From a virus (taxonomy: Duplodnaviria > Caudoviricetes): a DNA stretch of 61,539 nt. The position numbers and the translations under genes were made by a program. Below are positions 18,142-27,441 of the stretch, one piece after another. Below the pieces are notes generated by a model, which was not told the DNA's origin, made no database searches, and worked only from the letters and a program-made list of their open reading frames with translations. Positions within the stretch are counted from its first letter, which is position 1. Each line of letters begins with the position of its first letter. The stretch spans positions 1 to 61,539 of the IMG/VR virus record IMGVR_UViG_3300025141_000089; one strand, written 5' to 3'.

Positions 18142-19884
18142 TCATACAACTTTTAATAAAAGAGCCAGTCGTACATTATGTTCTTTGTCAAGTTCAGAAG
18201 CAGATACAACATCTGATGTCCACATGCTTGTGTTTAGTGATCCTATTTTGGTATTTTTTCTATTGTGTATATATGCAAGCGGTTTGGTGGGGGTTGTTCC
18301 CTCGACAAGTGTAGATGACCAATATGTTCCTTGCATTTCGTGAAATACGCCAGATGAACCCCTAGTAATATCAAGATTCTTAACATCAATCGAATCATAA
18401 GCATTCACATTAAATTCTTCACTCCATATCTCCCCATTATTTCTTTTTTGGGTTTTTGTCATCATAAATGCCAATAAGTTCTTACTTGGCACTACCAAGT
18501 TAAATCCTTTACCTATTCCGTTGATAGAAAAACCATTTCTAATTTGTTCAAACAAATTTAATGGTAATTTCATATTCCATGCACTATCCGCTTTTGATTT
18601 TTTTCTTTTATTAATTTTTAACTTGGCCATACTACCTTCGTGTAGGGAACTCAAACCATAATCAGATTCTAGAACAATAACCGCATATTGATTTTTAGCA
18701 AACGATCTAAAATCATTATGTTCTTCGTCTACAATTATAGATGATTGGACAATACCAGTTTTTGAATGTCCTAAAACTTCAACATCAGGATGAACTCCAC
18801 TTCCATTAAATATCCCAGCATATCTACCTGCAATTCTATATTCTCCTTCTTGCCAAGACTCTACAGTACTTCTAGAAATTGTTCCGTCCTTTAAAAAGGT
18901 TTTTATCATATCAATTTCTGATGTGTGGCCACAATTATATGGTGATCCATCTTGTCGCAATCCCATAAAATATCCATGACAAAATTCTATAGAAGATAAT
19001 TTACAACGGTATTCATTTCGATTAATATTTTCAACACATGCAGACACAATCCCCAACCCAGCCTGTTTCATTGTTTGATTATATCTTTTAATAAAATCTT
19101 CTTCAGGATTAGTTGCATTGTTTTGTATCAACAGATTATCAAACTTACTTTCTACGCCACTTCCACCCTGTGCTTCTGCGGTTTGATTGTTTGCATCGTT
19201 GCAATCCAGAATCTCTTCTGGATTAACAATATCATTACATGCCAATCCTCCTCCTTGATAATTGGCATAGATATTAGAATTGTCATTGCAATCATCACAC
19301 GATTCCGATGCCGAATCACAAACACATTCATCTAAATCTGCACATTGTTGTTCGCTGCACACATTTCTACAGTCATATATACCATTGCCCTGATACACAC
19401 AACAACTATTAGGATATCTAACATCCCACTTAGTGAGTACATCTTTTGCCGAAATTACTGTTTCTGGAACACCCGCGGCACCATTCGTACAAAAATTATA
19501 AACTTGTTCGAGCTCTGCAAATGCCGAACAATCTTCTGGTGACCATATCCCACCTATATCATTACATTGACATTGTGTTAGTTCTTTTAATCCTTCAAGA
19601 CTTGAAGGAATCCAAGTTTGTCTATCAATAGAGTTTAAATAAGCATCATGATTATCAAGATTACTACACGCACAACAACATCCCAGATCAGACAATGGTG
19701 GGCATTCAACATCTCCAACATTTTCTGCATATTGCCAATATCCATCATCTGCAATACAATCATAAAACGATACTAATTCATCCGACTGTGTTCCATCGGG
19801 TAAACAGCAGACACCGAATCCAGTAAATAAATCTTCTTTAATATCAACGGCAGTTCTTATTCTAGATCTAAATTGAATACTCAT
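18142..19884 (-). CDS. Cys-rich repeat protein with a degenerate C-terminal DUF1566/CLec-like domain; putative fibre/receptor-binding protein
   Basis: GVCC/GCCC/SCC repeats in the N-terminal half. The C-terminus has VPSKNLL...YWSST...AY...HNVRL, a degenerate version of LPSxxEL...YWSST...VRxxR. Confidence 0.65.
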   Translation of the reverse strand: MSIQFRSRIRTAVDIKEDLFTGFGVCCLPDGTQSDELVSFYDCIADDGYWQYAENVGDVECPPLSDLGCCCACSNLDNHDAYLNSIDRQTWIPSSLEGLKELTQCQCNDIGGIWSPEDCSAFAELEQVYNFCTNGAAGVPETVISAKDVLTKWDVRYPNSCCVYQGNGIYDCRNVCSEQQCADLDECVCDSASESCDDCNDNSNIYANYQGGGLACNDIVNPEEILDCNDANNQTAEAQGGSGVESKFDNLLIQNNATNPEEDFIKRYNQTMKQAGLGIVSACVENINRNEYRCKLSSIEFCHGYFMGLRQDGSPYNCGHTSEIDMIKTFLKDGTISRSTVESWQEGEYRIAGRYAGIFNGSGVHPDVEVLGHSKTGIVQSSIIVDEEHNDFRSFAKNQYAVIVLESDYGLSSLHEGSMAKLKINKRKKSKADSAWNMKLPLNLFEQIRNGFSINGIGKGFNLVVPSKNLLAFMMTKTQKRNNGEIWSEEFNVNAYDSIDVKNLDITRGSSGVFHEMQGTYWSSTLVEGTTPTKPLAYIHNRKNTKIGSLNTSMWTSDVVSASELDKEHNVRLALLLKVV

Positions 19885-19908
19885 GTTATATTATATATCC
19901 TTTTTTAT

Positions 19909-21564
19909 TTAAAACATACATTTTGGATAGGGGCAATTTGGAAATTTACAATCCATCCAAACACATTCGCCATCAGGTAATTGAACATTTGTGTATTCAT
20001 CTATTAAAATTTTTCTTGCCTCATCCTGCAAAATTTGTTGGACTTGTTGCCTATCCGGTTCTTCAAGGACACCCTCCGGCCGATCACATTCTTGGCACTC
20101 AGGACCGCACTGGCCGCAATTGCACGGGTAGCCAAGATCACAATCGGTCCCCGTACATTCAGGACAAGGGCCTACATCCATACCTTCATGACACTCAATT
20201 GGGCAAACATGCTGTTCCTTGATGCACGTTAAATAGTGATACTCATGCTGCGTGGCATCACACCAACCCACGTTCGACTCGCAACACGTGTTTGAAAGGG
20301 CCCAGGTAAGACACCAATGTAAACCACTGCGACACGCATGGCAGAGGATCGAGCTCCCAATGCACCCCATCACGTTTACCTGGCCTTCTATTGGCGGACA
20401 ATCGGGGCCGGGCAAGCAAGGTAAGCAATCTTCGGGATTCGAGAATATCTCCCAGCACGGAATTCCATCGCTATCGCGAGGATAAGCTCTACATTGATCC
20501 AAGCGGCCGCAATCAAAACGATCATACCCATCTTTAAATCCACTTGGACAGCAATCACCCCTACAAGTGCCGCGTATCCAATCCCCATCGCAATCACCTT
20601 CACCACAGCATTCCCTCCCATCTTTACAAGGACAGCAGGTTACAAAACGGGGGTTTACATCGCGAGGCACCCAGAACCAATCAGCGCAATCATAATCACC
20701 ACAAGACACACACATATCATCAGAACCTTCACAAACTCCTGGATAACATGTTTTTCGATAATGGAACGTACCTCCACGCTGATGACATGCATGCATATCT
20801 ACGACTTCGCAAGGCTCGTAATCAGGATGTTGCTGGCAACAAGCGCCTGGCGGGAATCTGCACGTCTCGCAATCTAAATTATTTATACCTACTGCAAAAC
20901 ATTCTGGAATCTCATTACCATCCTCATCAAAACAATTACATGTGTACACACCATCGCCTCGATCGTCCCAGTCATCACAAGTCGAATCTTCCCACGGGTA
21001 GTCCGTTACTCTACAACACTTATCATTATCACACCCCTCACCACCATCTTCAACACCACAATCACTAGAACCTAAATGAATTATCCCACCCAGGAGGCCA
21101 CAATTATCCCAAGGATCCCACTCATCAATATCACTAATCCACACACATTCTCCTGCTAAACAGCAAGATACATCAAATGTCGGTGTTGTGCATGTCTCAT
21201 CCCCGCAGGCTGTGGCACCCAAATAGCTCCCACCATCATCATTGCAGTGAGCCTCAGTCTTATAGCCACAGGTCATGTCTTGGTACGGACCTTCACAACA
21301 CGCACCATGTTGCATCGATGCATCGAAACAACCCAACGCACCATCTACATCAAACTCACATGCTGGGCAACATGCTGGGCAAGTTCCAATCTGATCGGCG
21401 CAAGTATATGAATTCCAGTATTCCTCGGTGCAATATCCGTCACCCTCTCCCGGCGTACAGGGCCATGGTGTACCACCAGCAACCGCACATTGACCATTGT
21501 CTAGGTTATCTAGACATGTGCCGTTAGGCAAACAGCAAGGGCCCTTTAAGCTTATATCACCCAT
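19909..21564 (-). CDS. Extremely Cys-rich GACC-repeat protein (paralogue of 21704-25336)
   Basis: 15 Cys in the first 100 aa; GPCC/GACC/VSCC units. Shares GTPWP, CDNDKCC...YTCNC.D..G..IP.C and the C-terminal TNVQLP.GECVWM.C...CPYP.C with the 1210-aa protein. Confidence 0.8.
   Translation of the reverse strand: MGDISLKGPCCLPNGTCLDNLDNGQCAVAGGTPWPCTPGEGDGYCTEEYWNSYTCADQIGTCPACCPACEFDVDGALGCFDASMQHGACCEGPYQDMTCGYKTEAHCNDDGGSYLGATACGDETCTTPTFDVSCCLAGECVWISDIDEWDPWDNCGLLGGIIHLGSSDCGVEDGGEGCDNDKCCRVTDYPWEDSTCDDWDDRGDGVYTCNCFDEDGNEIPECFAVGINNLDCETCRFPPGACCQQHPDYEPCEVVDMHACHQRGGTFHYRKTCYPGVCEGSDDMCVSCGDYDCADWFWVPRDVNPRFVTCCPCKDGRECCGEGDCDGDWIRGTCRGDCCPSGFKDGYDRFDCGRLDQCRAYPRDSDGIPCWEIFSNPEDCLPCLPGPDCPPIEGQVNVMGCIGSSILCHACRSGLHWCLTWALSNTCCESNVGWCDATQHEYHYLTCIKEQHVCPIECHEGMDVGPCPECTGTDCDLGYPCNCGQCGPECQECDRPEGVLEEPDRQQVQQILQDEARKILIDEYTNVQLPDGECVWMDCKFPNCPYPKCMF
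19952..19994. repeat. 43-bp direct repeat, copy 1 (copy 2 at 21753-21795)
   Basis: TCCATCCAAACACATTCGCCA(T/C)CAGGTAATTGAACATTTGTGT, 42/43 identical; encodes the shared C-terminal motif of the two paralogues. Confidence 0.9.
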
Positions 21565-21622
21565 TATATAATACTCCCATTAATCATTTGGTGAACAACA
21601 TGCAGTATATGGACCTTGCCAC
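21558..21622. repeat. 65-bp direct repeat, copy 1 (copy 2 at 25330-25394)
   Basis: 61/65 identical by manual alignment. Covers a gene end (WQGPYT.CCSP..stop), the GGGAG RBS and the ATG GGT of the next gene. Confidence 0.9.
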
Positions 21623-21704
21623 CCAAACAGCAAGCGCCCACATTTGAGCCTCTACTTGACGATCTTTCTGTCTTATCGTCCTTAATTGTATATTTATCCT
21701 TCAT
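21564..21704 (-). pseudogene. 46-aa collapsed Cys-rich gene remnant (deletion scar)
   Basis: MKDKYTIKDDKTERSSSRGSNVGACCLGGKVHILHVVHQMINGSII, TAATG-coupled at both ends. After GACCLG, an alternative frame reads WQGPYTACCSPND-stop, a copy of the C-terminus of the 691-aa gene. Confidence 0.6.
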
Positions 21705-24700
21705 TATAAGTCCTCTCTACAAACAGGATATGGGCAATCTGCTCCAACACATTCCATCCAAACACATTCGCCACCAGGTAATTGAACATTTGTGTGGGTA
21801 TCACCAAGATTTGGTGGGGAGATTTCTCTATATGATGTTGTATTGCATTCAGGACCGTTCGAACAATCACAGCTGTGAGAAGGGTCCATCCACCCATAAC
21901 ATTCTGGAGGATCCGCATCACACGCGTCTCCACCTCCTTCAGGGGGACAACAACAACAACAATCACAAGGTTGGTCATTACCATCACCACAATCATTGCA
22001 AACAGACCCTGCGATGCTAAAAGTGCATTCTTTACAGCAGCAATCACAATCCTCTGTTGGACACGACCCACCACATTGCAGAGTACTCGAAGCACAAGGT
22101 TCGCAACTACAATCACCGCATTCTCCGTCAGCAGGACAATTTCCATCGTGACTATATCCAGTAACGGTGCGCCAGCACCCTCCAGCCTCACTCTCACAAT
22201 CGCCACCGGGATATACACATCCACCACCAATTAAACATGTACAACATATTATCGGACAACAAACATCATGGCACATCCCGCAATCGGCCACTATCGCTCC
22301 GCCACCTGCAATACATTCTTCTGGAGTTTTTACTACACATTCATGGGTGTCGGTTGTATTATCAGTTTCACATGGAGCATTGCCTATACCACCATTTGGT
22401 GCTGTGCAACAAAGAATCAGTTCAGGTGTGTTATCGCACGGATATGCACAATAAAAATCGTCTGCTGCTGGAGGTTCAGTAATCCCAGGACAACAATCCA
22501 ATGGCGGGGGACAAGGTGGGCCCAGACCACATCCTGGTGGTTGATTGGAACACGGGAAATTACAACTACCGTCTGGACAACATTCTCTCCCCGCTTGTGG
22601 ACAATAGCAACTATCACACGACTCCATGCAGATATTTTCTGGTTGGCAACAAGACAAGCCATCAGGGCATCCAGCACCACCCATACATCCAGGCATTCCT
22701 GAACAAACTACACAATCATCACCAGAAACAAATTGACAAATTTCCCCAGAACATTCTTCATGATAATAAAAATCACCCTCCAAACTTTCACAATTAAAAG
22801 AAGATTCTTCGCTACAAATTGGTATGTTTTCAAAGTACCGACAACAAGCGCCCCAGTTGTTCTCCGTACAACTATTATTTTCTTGACACGTTTCCTCTTC
22901 TGTCCAATCACCATTGATACCATCACACACAGATTGAGTAACTTCTAAGCACCCTGGCGAATATTCTATACAACAAGCACCAATCACATCATCTTGTTCG
23001 TAACATTCGACACAATCACCATTTAAATGAAAGGTCCCATCCTTAATACCACAATCATAATCTACAGTCATTAAGCAAATATCTTCATCTGTATTTTCAT
23101 CATAATAACAACAAGCACCAAGTACGCATGGATTATCTGAACAATATTTATTAGGTATTAATAAATCATCACCATCACAAAATAAAGCATCCATACAGTT
23201 TCCTGTGAACAATCCATCCACTCTTGAACAACATGCAAAAGCAATATCATCTCCACAATCATCACAGTTTATCATCCCTTGAGCAATACAATCTGGAATT
23301 ATATCTCCACCATCATCCAAACAATTACATGTATAATCAACCCAATCAGTACAAGTTACAACCCCACTAATCGATTTGCAACACTTATCATTATCACATA
23401 CAATCCCATCACAATCATCGACACCAGTATAATATACCCCACCGTTGTTACTACAGTTTGATTGAATATAAGGTGAATAGCATGTACCTCCCAAACAACA
23501 AGAACCATCTGTTGGGTTATCACATTCTATATCTAAACAATCTTGGCCACTATAGAAAAAGTCTAAAGCCTCCTGACAATCCCATTCATTGATGCCATCC
23601 ACACATGTGCCAGATCCCTGTAATAAATGACAACACGCTCCCGAAGCAGGACAAGGATTATCATCACAATTAGTTCCAAAATTTCCAAAGGTATATACAC
23701 CACCACTAATATCTGCACAATCTGGTAAAGTAGTCGTCTCACATATAGGAGTAGAATTGTTAGTATAACAACAAGATCCCATACAAATTTCACAACCGTC
23801 CGCGCCGCATCCACTGCAATCGCCATCCGTGGCACACGATGGGCATCCAACTTCCGGCCCTATTGGTGTTCCTCCAAACTTATGGCAATTCTCGAATGAT
23901 TGGCTCATACAATATTGCGGGTCTCCTTCAAAACAGCAAGCACCATCTTCACATGTAAATATATCCAAATCTTCTCCAGGTGTTCCACTGTATACATCAA
24001 CACACGTTTCTTCTGTGTCAACCATGAAGCAAGCGAAACAGTTATGCATTGTTCCGTTGGGGAGTTCTCCCGGATAACAACAAACAATTTCGCTGCCATC
24101 GTTACAATTGACAGCGCACGAAGAGTCCACTCCCTGCCAATTTCCACCAGCCGCGACACAATCGATGTCAATCATGTTTGGATAACACCAAGGATCCTGA
24201 TTCAAACAACACGCACCAGTTGGTTGCTGAAAACAGTCAGAGTCTTCCGATAATTCCGAACACATTACCAAGTCATGAAAAATTCCACTGTAGCCCTCTT
24301 CACACTCATCCATAATATAAGAATCTGTACCATCTAGACCATCTGCACAGTTCGGCCCGCTGCGAAGATAACTGCAACATGCACCTATATTGCATTGTTG
24401 GTCACACGGATCGCCTTCATAAAAACCATAACCAGTATCAGTATAATAATTACATTGAAATCTAAATATGTTGTCTGAACAGGTTGAATTAGAACCACAA
24501 CATGCACCTATATTGCATTGTGAGTCACAAACCGTATCATTACCCACATAAGTTCCACCATTGCTTCCGCAGTTATCCTCAGTCCTATAGTCACAATCAC
24601 CATTCGTATAACAACAAGCGCCACGTTCAACCGAGTCGCAATCGTTACAATTTGTGTCAATCCATGTACAGGCATTTGACGGCGCGCAATTATCTTCACA

Positions 24701-25336
24701 CTCATTTACGGTAACATTTTCAACACAACTATCATCGTTTCCCTCAGGGTCAATATAACAACAGTAACCCACATTTGAGCCAGGGCATTCATTGCATTCC
24801 GATTGACAAAAGCCAGTAGTATCGCAATCAAAATCAGGACAACACAACGATGTACCAGAAGGAGTACTACAACAATCCTCACCATGATGCCATACAGTTT
24901 CGTTGAACGTGTCATCACCCCTTGACCAACAATCTGCATAATTCATATCGTTTTCACAAAGGTCTACCCCATCTTGCCCACAAGGATTGCATGAATATCC
25001 TGAACACCACTGACAACAACAGGCACCAAGATATGCATCGTCAGTGCCGGTACACCTATCAACATCGCAAGTCGTATCGTTACCCCAATATAAACCTCCC
25101 GCGTTATTGCAATTGTCAGGTGTCATCTGCTCACAATCATGATCTTCTATGCAACACGCACCACCACTCCAACATGTAAAATCACATGCTTCGCAACCGT
25201 TGATAGTACTATCGCAATCATATGAATCATAGTCGTCCGCGTTGGGCCATGGTGTACCACTCCAACCATCCACACATTGGCCAATGGTGGATATATTAAC
25301 ACATGAACCCAAGCCTTGCCAACAACAAGCACCCAT
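21704..25336 (-). CDS. Giant acidic Cys-rich GACC-repeat protein; putative virion fibre/appendage
   Basis: About a dozen exact GACC units and several variants (GSCC, GYCC, FACC). Each ~35-45-aa unit reads GACC-x3-8-C-x5-7-C-xx(x)-GG-x-[YFW]-x-G-x2-3-C-x3-4-C. Asp/Glu-rich, with no evident signal peptide. Confidence 0.82.
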   Translation of the reverse strand: MGACCWQGLGSCVNISTIGQCVDGWSGTPWPNADDYDSYDCDSTINGCEACDFTCWSGGACCIEDHDCEQMTPDNCNNAGGLYWGNDTTCDVDRCTGTDDAYLGACCCQWCSGYSCNPCGQDGVDLCENDMNYADCWSRGDDTFNETVWHHGEDCCSTPSGTSLCCPDFDCDTTGFCQSECNECPGSNVGYCCYIDPEGNDDSCVENVTVNECEDNCAPSNACTWIDTNCNDCDSVERGACCYTNGDCDYRTEDNCGSNGGTYVGNDTVCDSQCNIGACCGSNSTCSDNIFRFQCNYYTDTGYGFYEGDPCDQQCNIGACCSYLRSGPNCADGLDGTDSYIMDECEEGYSGIFHDLVMCSELSEDSDCFQQPTGACCLNQDPWCYPNMIDIDCVAAGGNWQGVDSSCAVNCNDGSEIVCCYPGELPNGTMHNCFACFMVDTEETCVDVYSGTPGEDLDIFTCEDGACCFEGDPQYCMSQSFENCHKFGGTPIGPEVGCPSCATDGDCSGCGADGCEICMGSCCYTNNSTPICETTTLPDCADISGGVYTFGNFGTNCDDNPCPASGACCHLLQGSGTCVDGINEWDCQEALDFFYSGQDCLDIECDNPTDGSCCLGGTCYSPYIQSNCSNNGGVYYTGVDDCDGIVCDNDKCCKSISGVVTCTDWVDYTCNCLDDGGDIIPDCIAQGMINCDDCGDDIAFACCSRVDGLFTGNCMDALFCDGDDLLIPNKYCSDNPCVLGACCYYDENTDEDICLMTVDYDCGIKDGTFHLNGDCVECYEQDDVIGACCIEYSPGCLEVTQSVCDGINGDWTEEETCQENNSCTENNWGACCRYFENIPICSEESSFNCESLEGDFYYHEECSGEICQFVSGDDCVVCSGMPGCMGGAGCPDGLSCCQPENICMESCDSCYCPQAGRECCPDGSCNFPCSNQPPGCGLGPPCPPPLDCCPGITEPPAADDFYCAYPCDNTPELILCCTAPNGGIGNAPCETDNTTDTHECVVKTPEECIAGGGAIVADCGMCHDVCCPIICCTCLIGGGCVYPGGDCESEAGGCWRTVTGYSHDGNCPADGECGDCSCEPCASSTLQCGGSCPTEDCDCCCKECTFSIAGSVCNDCGDGNDQPCDCCCCCPPEGGGDACDADPPECYGWMDPSHSCDCSNGPECNTTSYREISPPNLGDTHTNVQLPGGECVWMECVGADCPYPVCREDL
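21753..21795. repeat. 43-bp direct repeat, copy 2
   Basis: See 19952-19994. Confidence 0.9.
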
Positions 25337-25394
25337 TATATAATACTCCCATTAAACATCTGGTGAACAACACTCAGTATATGGACCTTGCCAC
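25330..25394. repeat. 65-bp direct repeat, copy 2
   Basis: See 21558-21622. Confidence 0.9.
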
Positions 25395-27427
25395 GTGCCT
25401 GCCATCGAAAGGCACTCTGAAAATGTTTGGCCGTCTATACACCCACTCTCACCCATACAACAAGCACCCTGCACTTGATCACAAACACCATCATCACTAC
25501 ACACTTTCCCAACCCACCACACACTTGGATAAAGACAATCATTCTCATCCACACCATCATAGCATTCGGTCGTAATTGGATTGCAGCATGCACCAGTATT
25601 GGTGGCACAACAATCAACTGCGTACAATCCAGTACATTCCGTACCAGGACCCATGAATATACCCTTGCAATCTGGGCAAGTATCTTCATCCCTGAAATGA
25701 TCTTCACAGGCTGTTCTGGTTATATCATCTACACATACCTCCTGAGTGTCATCAGTAGCGCTACCTCCTAAACAACATGCACCAACATATACCGTTTTAT
25801 CACAACAATCTAGAGTTGTATCCACACAAGATGAGTTACTAACAGGGATACCACCATAAACATGTTGACACGCAGCTGCTGTTAGTGGCGGAAGATTTAC
25901 ATCATAGTCCCCAGCAGGAACTGTTCCAACAGAATCACCGATACAATTTCCGTCTTTACAACATGCAATCCCAACACCACAAGGATTTATACAAGGCCAT
26001 CCTGTCTCACCCGGCACATAATTATAACCATAATAGCTTAAATCCATATTACAAGTAATAGCCTTAGGACCATCTTCAATTAATTTCACCAATCCTGTTA
26101 TGTCATCAAGACGATAGTAAATATGAGTCCAATATGTTGCTCCAAAACTATTACATTCATCTGCTCCAGCATTTTCAATACAAACTGCGTGGTTTTGATA
26201 TTCTCCCCAATCACCACCTTCACTACAGCAAACTCCCGGTGCAAGTCCATCAGAACCACAACCATCACCACATGCCATAAATTGATTCCACGATCCTCCT
26301 AAAGTTGGTTCTCCATCTAAATCATATGGACTATAAAGTTGGCCACAATCATTTTCTGTCATATAATCAATACAGTTTATTTTACCACCCGGCCAATTAA
26401 GGTCATCCCGCGGTTCATCTATATCCAAATAACAACAAGAGCCTAAACCAACAGAACCAAAACATTCATCCACACCATATGCACGATTGGCAATATTTGC
26501 CTTCCATGTTTTTCCAGCATCGTTGGTTAATAAACTAATAATATCCCACCCACAAGAAAAATATAGTTCGTTTTCATCAAAATAAATATTTTCTGGCCAG
26601 TCCCATATGTCGTAACCACCTAGATGTATAGTAAAATTAAATACCTCATTGGAGGTAAAATCTCCAGTAAATCCTTGAATTCCTATTGGTGTTTCAATTC
26701 GGAATATACTTCCACGTTTTACATCCATCATCATTCCTGTGCCGCCACCACATGTTGGGCCGGTATACCATTCACTTGGCTCTCCACCAGTTATTCCATA
26801 AATTTTTGGCGTGACTCTATCCGATTCAAAAAGTGGCATTGAAGGAACTCGTATAACAATTTCTTCTGGATCATATGAGTAACCAGTAGCGCCACCAGTT
26901 TCAGAAAAATAAACTGTGCCAAGAGAATCAAAAGTTAATCCAGTAGAATCTGCTGATGCTCCGGCCGAAATATAAGAAAATCTATTTCTTATCATCCCAT
27001 CTGTTGTTGCGCCTTCTTTGTATATGATATCACCACTGATACCTACAACATCATCTGTTTGATATGATTTTAATGTTCCTTCTGCCGTTATTCCGCGGAA
27101 ATAAAATGTAATACCATCTGTTATATTTCTAAATATACTAACTGGGTTTGTTCCACCATCTCCAGTAATAGCACCAGCGGTCGCGACCTCTCCTGTTGGT
27201 CCTTTTAACCCTTCGATTGTAATTTCTTTTCCATCGGAAAGAACTAATATTAAATTATCATCTTCAGTTCTACCAGAAAATACAAAAGTACCAGTTGCAC
27301 CTGTAGGTCCAGTCGGACCTGTACCACCCGTACCTGCCGGTCCAGTAGGGCCAGTTAAACCACGAAGACCTTTTGGTCCCATCACGGATCCTGGTGGTAC
27401 TACTGAACTACTTCCAATTACTGGCAT
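25352..27427 (-). CDS. Collagen-like N-terminus plus GACC-repeat C-terminus; putative tail fibre
   Basis: MPVIGSSS...GPKGLRGLTGPTGPAGTGGTGPTGPTGATG (Gly-X-Y), a fibre-type ..WP..I......FS.G.DIIS..T.DAG.TW segment, then GSCC/GVCC/GACC units. Confidence 0.75.
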   Translation of the reverse strand: MPVIGSSSVVPPGSVMGPKGLRGLTGPTGPAGTGGTGPTGPTGATGTFVFSGRTEDDNLILVLSDGKEITIEGLKGPTGEVATAGAITGDGGTNPVSIFRNITDGITFYFRGITAEGTLKSYQTDDVVGISGDIIYKEGATTDGMIRNRFSYISAGASADSTGLTFDSLGTVYFSETGGATGYSYDPEEIVIRVPSMPLFESDRVTPKIYGITGGEPSEWYTGPTCGGGTGMMMDVKRGSIFRIETPIGIQGFTGDFTSNEVFNFTIHLGGYDIWDWPENIYFDENELYFSCGWDIISLLTNDAGKTWKANIANRAYGVDECFGSVGLGSCCYLDIDEPRDDLNWPGGKINCIDYMTENDCGQLYSPYDLDGEPTLGGSWNQFMACGDGCGSDGLAPGVCCSEGGDWGEYQNHAVCIENAGADECNSFGATYWTHIYYRLDDITGLVKLIEDGPKAITCNMDLSYYGYNYVPGETGWPCINPCGVGIACCKDGNCIGDSVGTVPAGDYDVNLPPLTAAACQHVYGGIPVSNSSCVDTTLDCCDKTVYVGACCLGGSATDDTQEVCVDDITRTACEDHFRDEDTCPDCKGIFMGPGTECTGLYAVDCCATNTGACCNPITTECYDGVDENDCLYPSVWWVGKVCSDDGVCDQVQGACCMGESGCIDGQTFSECLSMAGTWQGPYTECCSPDV

Positions 27428-27441
27428 CTATTGTTCCTTTA

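Noticed and set aside
21558-25394. DGR template/variable repeat pair (3 of 4 mismatches in the 65-bp repeat are A in the 21558 copy on the coding strand)
   Set aside because: One mismatch breaks the adenine rule and the sample is tiny. The repeat spans an RBS and start codon rather than a CLec variable region, and no reverse transcriptase is in the window. Duplication explains it.
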